IMG/VR virus record: IMGVR_UViG_3300009514_000007
Span: 1 to 41,380 of that record
DNA: 41,380 nucleotides
Reading direction: 5' to 3' (one strand)
DNA from: a virus
Position 1 is the first letter of the stretch, and the number at the start of each line of letters is the position of its first letter. Shown one piece after another: positions 16,101-22,965 of this stretch. The translations under genes and the position numbers were made by a program. The notes beneath the pieces are model-generated. The model was not told where the DNA came from. It did no database searches and was given only the letters and a program-made list of their open reading frames with translations.

Positions 16101-18488
16101 GACGCTGCCGTGGGCGGGAACCAGACCAAGGTTCTCAACTGCGACATCGTTCGTCGGTTCACGGTGGCGGGTACCTCGGGCGCCCTGATCTACGACCGTA
16201 TCCTGGTCCGCAACCGTATCGTGCCGGGCTCTGGTTCGGTGAGCCCCGTCCCGCAGGTTGGGCAGACCCAACTCAAGGTCGAAGGCAACAGCGGCATCGA
16301 GGAAAGCGGCCTGTTGCCGAACAGCGAGGGCCAGGCTGGAATGCGCGCGACCGTGCAGCCCGCCACCCTGCTTGGGCGGGTTGGCTTTGCAGCCGGGCAG
16401 ATCGCATCGGGCACCTTTGGTGACGAGCGCGACGGTCAACCGACCGTCCAACTCTTTGCCGAGGGCGGCACGAGTCCGCAGAACAACGTGTTCAAGATCA
16501 ACATCGACGGCACTCCCGTTGAGATCGTGTTCACGGACGCTCTGGGCGTGGCGATTCCCGTTGCGGGTTCCGCCGATGTTCCGCTCGGGCCTCTCGGTTC
16601 ACCGGACACCATCCTCACGCAGCTTGACACTGCGCTGGCTGCTGCTGGCGTGACGGGTGCGGTTCGTCAAGAGGGCGCGGGGATCCGATTCACCAGTCAG
16701 GTGACGGACACGACCTCCGCTGTCACGATTGACGACGGAAACGCCAACGACACGCTCGGTTTCGTGGCGGGTACCAGCGACGACCGCGACCCGGTGGACC
16801 CCGAGGTTATGGCCTCGGCTCTGATGTCTCACCACAGTGCTTCGCCTGCGGTCGAGTACCTGTCTTGGGACAGCCCGTCTACGACGCACTTTGCGGGGCT
16901 CGCCCTCGCGGGTGTGATCCGCGACCAGGCCAACGCCGAATTCCTCTACATTCAGTCGCAAGCCGCGACCGTAGGTGGGCTTGGCGTCTCCAGCAACATC
17001 GCACTCACTCAGCCCGCATCGCCGAATGGTTCGTGGCTGCTTCCGGGTACGAACCTGCTCGCCGAGGTTGGCGACGGGGCCTCGGGCGAGGAAGGCGTTT
17101 CGGGCTTTTTCGTCACGTCTTCGGATTCGACGCGAGGCTCGGGATCGGCCAACACGTCCGTTCTCAACAGCGGGACCGGCCAAGACGGCTGCGTGGATCA
17201 GACGTACCGGGACACCGTTACGGGCCTCACCTTCACGGTGTTGGAGCGCGAGGGAGGCGGCACGTACCCGACCGGGGCAACGGCGACCTTCACCTTTGAG
17301 GTACGTCGCAAGGTCACGACCGACAGCAACCTGCCGGTCAACGTCCTTCCCGGTGTCGAGCTTCTGGTCACGAACACCAGCGGCATCGGCGTGGGTGACA
17401 CGGCCATCGTGACCACCGTGGAGCGCGGCGGAAACGAGCCCGCGATCGGCGACCTGTACTACGTCACCTACGACTACACGAAGGACAATTTCGCTACGGC
17501 TCTGTTCACTCGGTTGGCGACGATCGAGGCAAACTACGGTCGGGTCGCGCAGGAGAACCTTGTCTCCCTGGCGTCCTTCTTGGGGATCATCAATGGTGCC
17601 GTCATCGTGGGTATCAAGCAGGTGCCCAAGCAGCCTGGGTCGAATCAAGCGACGGTGCAGGACTACCGTGACGCGATCATTGACCTGCGCGGGCCGCTTC
17701 CGGGTGGACTCTCGCTCGATCAGATCACCCCGTTGCGGGGAGATAGCGCGGACCTGTACTCGTTCCTGAGAGTGGAGAACGACATCCAGTCGTCCATTCG
17801 CTACCGTCAGGAGCGGACCTCGATCATCGGGGCGGGATCGGGCACGCAGATCAGCGAGGCGGGCGACCTGGCGGAAGCCCTGTCGGCAACTCGTATGCGG
17901 CTTGTCTACCCGGACATCGCTACCATGACCCTCACCGATGCGATCGGAAACGACGAGGAAATCCTGGTAGACGGCACGTTCCTGGCCTCCGCGCTCGCAG
18001 GGAACCGAGTGAGCCCGAACATCGACGTGGCGACGCCGTGGACCGGCGCCCGCCTGGTCGGGTTCAATCAGCTTGCTCGCACCCTCGATGCGGTGGAGCA
18101 GAACCAGCTTGCCGTTCGCGGTGTGACGGTTCTGGAGGATCGCGCTCCGAGCATCCGGGTCCGTCAGGGGCTCTCCACGGACATCAGCAACGTCCTGACC
18201 AAGACCCCGACCGTGATCACCATCGCGGACGAGGTACAGCGCCAGGCTCGCGTGACGCTGGATCGATTCATCGGCGTCAAGTTCCTGCCGACGATCCTCC
18301 AGCAGATCGAAGGTCGCATGACCTTCATGTTCAAGGGGCTGTCCTCGGCGGAGATCATCACCACGTTCACCGGCATCCGAGCCACGACCACGGCGGACCC
18401 CACGGTTGTCGAGGTCGAGGCGTTCTACCAGCCGGTGTTCCCGCTGCTCTACATCGTCGTGACGTTCAACTTGCGCTCGACCCTGTAG
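13167..18488 (+). CDS. Contractile tail sheath protein, exceptionally large (1773 aa) with many inserted beta-rich domains
   Basis: N-terminal YAPPSVYTQ is a PGVY-like sheath start. The C-terminus is sheath-like (EQNQLAVRGVTVL...RVRQGLST...IADEV...RFIG...VEVEAFYQPVFPLLYIVVTFNL). GAGGTGA SD. Followed by the tube gene. Confidence 0.85.
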   Translation: MAFPGSVYAPPSVYTQTLFNNPVQAAVTGVRIPVYLGTGNEILTQEDLQVVRGSSASVDQQVPKEDLDGRAVADILASGQVILGNFDGSRRLVQVRNFPIVTGDGSGTTAVNAANIRVTINGRPDVVLTVRGDEGILELSTAPTPEDEVRVTYFFNRTDTQATDNVSAQVTPSAAIIRGLNGEPVGGYEVLPGNNTLIVNVDGEDVVVDFGTGFKSAATLVSLINGAGAATSLTATTYGTNFGEIAVALTAGEDLEIGAGSANTLLGFTTGDSTSRQRVFYTYNGPIVEGDNGGITTTDPSKVTVTVDGQEVVPSAVNGQTRGVTLPFAPPSGSTVEITYFWNTWQDTFDYLAHINVTDIQRVGIVPGNSDFIEQADYVLKNDLIVWGTAALIESGVNTQGTALFNESQVTANLVDVQSFLSVATPVTDTTVNPPLTSTTRFQLPLQPTTGNGRNTPLGSDLFQTVSNGRIDLPTNRPDLVQAYWGWSVQDALERGQVTVLRVEGTEITLAEAVPVGATVYATFYYNTLVDEEYTLEVDVPGPAGIGTYFVKDKNGRDLFTPRFGAKGALLTGITVQFPSGSELTPDVRFESGSQGPVEETVTVTFANKDATLAKYSVPGSGPYFTITDASDHARFTIDSTALTGGGAGIDLSRVDGIEGLGFSAHLLGEEIAYTAASGLTTYDVESGVNDELALTLDGVTITVSVPPGTGVDASRYVDAINEQAKSTDNPTVYTAATRFTGATEITAGEYDKFTFHYNGDVAGLSGPLAITIPPGTYNSPATLATAIQGVVTAAIGGLGAPFAGLALTVGANANGQLTFALDAATGDKGTAWTDTITVTGAPLPVPGDTVDITDPLGNVETFTATATATVIGSGARNFDVSSGVAATIATELDSAINDPTNGIADTLTSVPVGATCVLTAVDVGVVSNLISIAFTGTIGAFTLVGAVPGTAAGGGYLEFLDGPSAAEDFSVLAGISTDAAVGGNQTKVLNCDIVRRFTVAGTSGALIYDRILVRNRIVPGSGSVSPVPQVGQTQLKVEGNSGIEESGLLPNSEGQAGMRATVQPATLLGRVGFAAGQIASGTFGDERDGQPTVQLFAEGGTSPQNNVFKINIDGTPVEIVFTDALGVAIPVAGSADVPLGPLGSPDTILTQLDTALAAAGVTGAVRQEGAGIRFTSQVTDTTSAVTIDDGNANDTLGFVAGTSDDRDPVDPEVMASALMSHHSASPAVEYLSWDSPSTTHFAGLALAGVIRDQANAEFLYIQSQAATVGGLGVSSNIALTQPASPNGSWLLPGTNLLAEVGDGASGEEGVSGFFVTSSDSTRGSGSANTSVLNSGTGQDGCVDQTYRDTVTGLTFTVLEREGGGTYPTGATATFTFEVRRKVTTDSNLPVNVLPGVELLVTNTSGIGVGDTAIVTTVERGGNEPAIGDLYYVTYDYTKDNFATALFTRLATIEANYGRVAQENLVSLASFLGIINGAVIVGIKQVPKQPGSNQATVQDYRDAIIDLRGPLPGGLSLDQITPLRGDSADLYSFLRVENDIQSSIRYRQERTSIIGAGSGTQISEAGDLAEALSATRMRLVYPDIATMTLTDAIGNDEEILVDGTFLASALAGNRVSPNIDVATPWTGARLVGFNQLARTLDAVEQNQLAVRGVTVLEDRAPSIRVRQGLSTDISNVLTKTPTVITIADEVQRQARVTLDRFIGVKFLPTILQQIEGRMTFMFKGLSSAEIITTFTGIRATTTADPTVVEVEAFYQPVFPLLYIVVTFNLRSTL

Positions 18489-18502
18489 GTGAATCGGATC
18501 AG

Positions 18503-18536
18503 AAAAGCCCCTTCGCATCACTGCGAAGGGGCTTTT
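18503..18536. terminator. Bidirectional intrinsic terminator
   Basis: AAAAGCCCCTTCGCA-TCAC-TGCGAAGGGGCTTTT is a perfect 15-bp inverted repeat with A and T tracts, located between the convergent sheath and lipoprotein genes. Confidence 0.9.
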
Positions 18537-18554
18537 GCGTGGGCGCGGATCCGA

Positions 18555-18944
18555 TTACTCGGGCTCGCAGGACCACCATGCCTCGTAGCCGGGGTCGGGA
18601 GTGCCGTCCTCGATCTCGGCTTCATACATGACGCATCTCTCATTTTCGTCGCAGATTTCGCCGCCGCAGGCTTCTTTGCAGATCTGTTCCGTAGGGTGGC
18701 ACCATGTACCTTTCTCGCAAGCATCGCTTTGCGGGTCGCAACTTGCCCCCAAGCCGAGGTCACAAGGGTCGGTTTGTGGGTCGCAGCTTGTAGGAGCAGC
18801 CGTGGCGTCAGGAGCAGCCGTGGCGTCAGGAGCAGCCGTGGCGTCAGGAGCAGCCGTGGCGTCAGGAGCAGCCGTGGCGTCAGGAGCAGCCGCACAAGCA
18901 GCCGTACAAGCGGTGAGAATCAGGGTGAGTGCGAATCGAAGCAT
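18555..18944 (-). CDS. Cys-rich secreted protein/lipoprotein with a (PDATAA)5 linker (129 aa)
   Basis: GGAGG-CCAAA-ATG at 18944. MLRFALTLILTAC gives a signal peptide with an LTAC lipobox. The acidic C-terminal domain has 10 Cys and a duplicated SCDPQxDxC. Confidence 0.75.
   Translation of the reverse strand: MLRFALTLILTACTAACAAAPDATAAPDATAAPDATAAPDATAAPDATAAPTSCDPQTDPCDLGLGASCDPQSDACEKGTWCHPTEQICKEACGGEICDENERCVMYEAEIEDGTPDPGYEAWWSCEPE
18792..18892. repeat. Perfect 18-bp tandem repeat, 5 full units plus 11 nt
   Basis: AGGAGCAGCCGTGGCGTC repeated identically. It encodes DATAAP on the - strand. Confidence 0.95.
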
Positions 18945-18963
18945 TTTGGCCTCCACACACAGT

Positions 18964-18989
18964 ACGACGATCGCGCGATTTCCGAAACC
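18964..18989 (-). promoter_or_regulatory. Putative promoter GGTTTC-N14-CGTCGT (copy 2)
   Basis: The - strand reads GGTTTC GGAAATCGCGCGAT CGTCGT, 9 nt upstream of the GGAGG SD. Confidence 0.6.
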
Positions 18990-18990
18990 C

Positions 18991-19170
18991 CTACCAGAGC
19001 AGCGCCTCGCCGAGCGGCCCGAAATTGGCACTAAAACGACCGAAGGGGCCTGAGACGCCCGGAGGTAGCTCCAGAGCGACGTGGGCTCCTGGCGGGACGT
19101 TGGTGGGCCAGTCGTCCATGAAAGGCCCCCACAGGAGCTTCCCTTGCGTTTCGATGGTGGTGACGTGCAT
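18991..19170 (-). CDS. Small hypothetical protein (59 aa), not in the ORF track
   Basis: GGAGG-CTCAGCCG-ATG, translating as MHVTTIETQGKLLWGPFMDDWPTNVPPGAHVALELPPGVSGPFGRFSANFGPLGEALLW*. It fills the gap between two promoter-like motifs. Confidence 0.55.
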   Translation of the reverse strand: MHVTTIETQGKLLWGPFMDDWPTNVPPGAHVALELPPGVSGPFGRFSANFGPLGEALLW

Positions 19171-19237
19171 CGGCTGAGCCTCCGTTGTGCGCCACGTCGC
19201 CCTGAATCGACACCGCGCGGAATCCGCGTTTGGCCGG

Positions 19238-19250
19238 TAGGCCGCCTATA
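19238..19250 (+). promoter_or_regulatory. Putative phage late promoter TAGKCCSCCTATA (copy 3)
   Basis: TAGGCCGCCTATA lies upstream of the tail tube gene, where transcription must restart after the terminator and the inverted genes. Confidence 0.65.
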
Positions 19251-19305
19251 GCCACGCCTTCTACGAGACGGTCCTCGATCTGGACCGCGTTCGCAGGAGA
19301 AGCCC

Positions 19306-20103
19306 ATGCCAAACCAGGATCTCGTTCAAGGCGGCGCTGCCGGACTCCAAGGGTCCAGCTACGTCTACGACTACGGCACTAGCCCCAACACCAGAACGGC
19401 GGTGAGCCAAAAGGTTCGGATCTTGGCTCCGGCTTACGGCACCACGAGCCAGCTTCTCCAGATGGGCGTGCTGTCGAATTTCGCTCCTACTGAGTCTCGT
19501 GCGGTTGAGCCGTTGCGCGGCATCGGTTTCGGTGATCAGATCGCCGAGCTTGTTCCGTCCGTGACGGAGCCCATGACGGCCGATTTTGAGCGGGCGCTCA
19601 TGTACTTGTCGAACCTGTGGCAAGCCACGGGTTACGCGGGTGGCATCGACGGTCCTGTTCGTTCGCTTCGCCATCACCGTTGGCCCTTCGACGTGGAGGA
19701 ACAGGTGGTGTTCTCGACCCTCGCCGATATGGATCTCGGTGTGGAGAACGAGGGCTTCCAAGGACAGGGCTTCCAAGGCGGCGCGACTCAGATCACCTAC
19801 CCTGACCAGCTTGACGGCCAGACAGGTCCGACCCCCAACGGGGATTTCCCGCAGGGCGGCCAGCAGGGCCACACGGCGATCATCACGCTCTACGAGGCGT
19901 GCTGGTTCACGTCATGGGCCAAGACCGTCAACCGAGACGCCGGGATGATCATGGAAACCGGCAACTGCTCGATCAGCGACGTTCACGATTTCTCGTCGGA
20001 GTACGGCGAATTTCTCGCCACCGGCAACGACCCGAGTGTGGGCCAGCTTGGCTCGGTTCGCTTCGGCGATCCGCAGCAAGGCGGAACCCAATTCATCCCC
20101 TAG
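19306..20103 (+). CDS. Tail tube protein (265 aa)
   Basis: AGGAG SD. First + strand gene after the sheath. The beta-rich pattern (ESRAVEPLRGIGFG..IAELVP; IITLYEACWFTSWAKT....MIMETG) is typical of myovirus tube proteins. Confidence 0.7.
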   Translation: MPNQDLVQGGAAGLQGSSYVYDYGTSPNTRTAVSQKVRILAPAYGTTSQLLQMGVLSNFAPTESRAVEPLRGIGFGDQIAELVPSVTEPMTADFERALMYLSNLWQATGYAGGIDGPVRSLRHHRWPFDVEEQVVFSTLADMDLGVENEGFQGQGFQGGATQITYPDQLDGQTGPTPNGDFPQGGQQGHTAIITLYEACWFTSWAKTVNRDAGMIMETGNCSISDVHDFSSEYGEFLATGNDPSVGQLGSVRFGDPQQGGTQFIP

Positions 20104-20335
20104 TGGGTGACATCGGTACTGTGGCTTAGACCTATCGGGCGAGGCTCGCCTCGCCCACCTCACACCTTCAACGGTGGTGTAAAGACAAACCCAAGAAATA
20201 CAGATCGACAGATCATTTGTGCTGCCCCTCCGCCTTCGGGTTGGTTAAATAGAGATGGACCTGGAAACGAACACATGAAGATCTGCTTGTGCTGTCTACG
20301 CACCACCGCTGCACCCGAAAAACGGAGACAGCGGA
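20104..20335 (+). promoter_or_regulatory. Structured non-coding region between the tube and tail chaperone genes
   Basis: 8-bp hairpin at 20137-20156. A CAGATC (20209) / GATCTG (20280) stem encloses CTTCGG (20234-20239). Two alternative pairings cover the SD region. Confidence 0.45.
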
Positions 20336-21754
20336 ATGCCCATCAATCTTCAAAACCTCCAGGCTAGTCTCGCCCAAGTTGGTGAGATCGCGTATGACGA
20401 AATCACGTTCGACGCGGGCGATCATCGAATCACCCTGCGCCCCGTTAAATCGTGGGAAGAACAAGAGGTCGATCACTACGCTCGCATTGCATGGGAGGGT
20501 AAGCAAAATGACGACGCTGCTGCGTTCGGGGAATTCCTCGATCGCACGCGAGTTGGCATCCTCTCCCATGCCCTGATCGAGTTCAACGGTCTTGACCTGC
20601 GAGGGGTCGAGTACATCGAAACAGGCGAGCAGACCGAAGCGGGCAAGCCTGTTGAGCTACAAAAGTACAAGGCTCTGCGCGACTCCATCTATGAGTGGCC
20701 GCGCCAGGTCTTGCACCGTGCCTACCTCAAGTACGCCGAAATGATGGCGAGGGTTGAGGTCAAGGCGCAGGCCGCGATTGAGATCGAAACGCGCGAGCTT
20801 GACGTGGAGATTGAGCGGCTGGAGGAACGGCTTGGCACTCTCCGCGCGCTGAAAGACGATGCTGAGGAAAGGGCTGAGAACCCCGAGCCGGGAGCGCATC
20901 GCCGAGAAGCTATCGCCAACGCAGGCGATGCGCAGCAAGAGCAGGTGGATGCTTTGCGACGCAAGGCCGAGGATCAGGATTTCCAACGACAGGTGGCCGA
21001 GGCCGAAGCAGCGGCAGCGTCGCAACAACCACCGCAACCCGAGCCCCGTGCCGAAGCCCCTAGACGCCCCCCTGAGAGGGGTTCGTACCCTCCGATGCAG
21101 GACGCCGGGGGTGTGCGTGAAGCCCCTCGTGAGAGGCGTCCCGGTGCGAGACAGCCCATCACCCCACAGCGAGGGACAGCACCGAGCCGCCCCGTACCGC
21201 CGCAAGCTCAGCCTGAGCCCGAGCCGCCTGCCCAACCTGAGCAGCAAGTCGAAACGGATGGGCGAGGGATTCCGCTTCCCCACGAGGGCGATTCGTTCTT
21301 TGACGAGTCGGACCCCGCAGCGGCGATGCGGGCAGAGGAAGCTCGGCTTCGGGCATTTCGGGAGCAACGCCAGGGTCGCCGTCCTGAGCAAGAACCCCAA
21401 GTACCGGCACAGGGCGTGATCGATCCTCCGATCGCGCGGGGCGAGCCTCCGCACGCGCAGGCAAGACGACTGGCCCTCAACGTCGAGAATGCCACCTTGG
21501 ACCTCAAGGGCGATCCGATCCATACGGGTAGGGTTGACCCTCGCACGGGGGAGGAAATCGCAGCCGTCCGCCTTCCGACTGACGTGGTGTCCGAGGATGC
21601 CCGAGGTGTCCCGGCGTCGGTGAAAAAGCAAGAGGTTCGTCAAAGCCTGAACCAGCGCGGGACAGGCACCGCGAATCCGAAATTCGTTGCTCCTGGCGGG
21701 GAGCAACCGCAAGCGGGCAAACAACCTCCGAAGGTGTGGCGTGACGATCGGTGA
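20336..21754 (+). CDS. Putative tail assembly chaperone with a long disordered Pro/Gln/Arg-rich C-terminus (472 aa)
   Basis: Lies between the tube and tape measure genes. The N-terminal pattern (ITLRPVKSWEE...ILSHALIEFNG...WPRQVLHRAYLKY) is like tail assembly chaperones. Confidence 0.55.
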   Translation: MPINLQNLQASLAQVGEIAYDEITFDAGDHRITLRPVKSWEEQEVDHYARIAWEGKQNDDAAAFGEFLDRTRVGILSHALIEFNGLDLRGVEYIETGEQTEAGKPVELQKYKALRDSIYEWPRQVLHRAYLKYAEMMARVEVKAQAAIEIETRELDVEIERLEERLGTLRALKDDAEERAENPEPGAHRREAIANAGDAQQEQVDALRRKAEDQDFQRQVAEAEAAAASQQPPQPEPRAEAPRRPPERGSYPPMQDAGGVREAPRERRPGARQPITPQRGTAPSRPVPPQAQPEPEPPAQPEQQVETDGRGIPLPHEGDSFFDESDPAAAMRAEEARLRAFREQRQGRRPEQEPQVPAQGVIDPPIARGEPPHAQARRLALNVENATLDLKGDPIHTGRVDPRTGEEIAAVRLPTDVVSEDARGVPASVKKQEVRQSLNQRGTGTANPKFVAPGGEQPQAGKQPPKVWRDDR

Positions 21755-22965
21755 CGGGTCTTGCACGCCAGCAAGAGCCTTCACGTAAGGTTCTGGAACG
21801 AACGACACCGGAGCAGCGTTCATCGCTGTACGACGATGTTCGGGAGCTATTGACGCCAGGTTTCTTGTCGGAGTCTGTGTCGATCAATGGCACTCGTTTG
21901 GCGGTGCGATCGTTGTCGGCTGCGGATTTCTACCTGCTCAAGCATCGAGCAGGTAGCCTCGATTTTACCAAGGCCGAGGTCCAACATTGGTACTTGGCGA
22001 CTGCGGTGTGGATGGTGGGGGGTCAGCCTATTTTGGAAGACCCGCAAGCGACGCCTGAGATCTACGAAGTGGTTAAAGACTTGCCTGTCGGTGTGCTCAA
22101 CGAATTGGTTTACGTGACGGGACGGCTCCAAAAACGAATGGAGAAGGCAATCGGGCGCGTGCGGGCTTTCAATTTTGAGTCCGAGTCTCGGTTCCTGTGG
22201 GCGGCTTTTGGAGACAACCCTCACGGAAAATCGGGGGTTCCGGGGGCAGGGCGGTTGGGACTCAACCCGCTTCACCGAATGTGGATCGGGTTCAACAGGG
22301 CCGAGGATGAACGGGAGCAGTTTCAGGTCGAGTGGATGCAGACCAAGCTGATTGCGGCCACGCAGTCGCCCAAAGGCGTGAAAAAGCTGAATCAGTCTGA
22401 TCAGGCTGCGCAGGAAAGGGAGAAGCAACGGCGTCAGGCGATTATGGATGCTGCCTTCTACGAGTCGCAGGGTCACACTGTCGATCTGAAAGAGGTCACG
22501 AAGGGCGGCCAATTTGGCGGGATCAAGCTCGCGGTCACACCAGAGGAATTGGAGGATGAATTCCGTCGTTGGAAGGCCGGGATCAAGGACGACCATGACC
22601 GGGTGGTGGACTACTACAAGGCCAAGGTTGCACAACGGGTCGAAGCGGAGAGAGCAGAACAGCGTGCGCGGATTGAGGCAGCCCAAAGGGCGGCCGAGGC
22701 CGAGGGGTTCGCTGAACCTTCTCTACGTCCGCTAGCAATGGATGCAGAGGAAATCCGAGCCAGGTTCCGTACAGGAGGCACGTCGAAGGTTTACTACGGC
22801 ACGAAAGCGAATTCGCTCTACGAGCGCTACATCGCTAACGAGCCAGAAGCCGGGGCGATCGTCATGCGTGGCGGGCAGCCTGTCTCGGTGCCTGAATCCG
22901 AAGCGGCTCCGCTCAACGATCAGGTTCGCCAACGGATGCTACGGCAGAGGGGAGGTAAGGGCTGA
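21751..22965 (+). CDS. Putative second tail assembly chaperone (404 aa)
   Basis: GTGA overlap. Directly precedes the tape measure gene. Chaperone-like N-terminus (SINGTRLAVRSLSAAD) and a charged helical C-terminus. Confidence 0.5.
   Translation: MTGLARQQEPSRKVLERTTPEQRSSLYDDVRELLTPGFLSESVSINGTRLAVRSLSAADFYLLKHRAGSLDFTKAEVQHWYLATAVWMVGGQPILEDPQATPEIYEVVKDLPVGVLNELVYVTGRLQKRMEKAIGRVRAFNFESESRFLWAAFGDNPHGKSGVPGAGRLGLNPLHRMWIGFNRAEDEREQFQVEWMQTKLIAATQSPKGVKKLNQSDQAAQEREKQRRQAIMDAAFYESQGHTVDLKEVTKGGQFGGIKLAVTPEELEDEFRRWKAGIKDDHDRVVDYYKAKVAQRVEAERAEQRARIEAAQRAAEAEGFAEPSLRPLAMDAEEIRARFRTGGTSKVYYGTKANSLYERYIANEPEAGAIVMRGGQPVSVPESEAAPLNDQVRQRMLRQRGGKG

Noticed and set aside
13860-18521. Long antisense ORFs (13860..16451 and 16599..18521; also 6331..7521, 29088..30683, 37022..38572)
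   Set aside because: These are shadow ORFs produced by GC-rich codon bias of the + strand genes. Their translations are Arg/Val/Gly-rich with no recognisable motifs.
18792-18892. Possible CRISPR-like array
   Set aside because: The 18-bp units are head-to-tail with no spacers, and they encode an in-frame peptide linker.
21620-21635. GAAAAAG as a programmed -1 frameshift site in the tail chaperone
   Set aside because: It does not fit an X XXY YYZ heptamer in frame, and the downstream gene has its own coupled GTG start.
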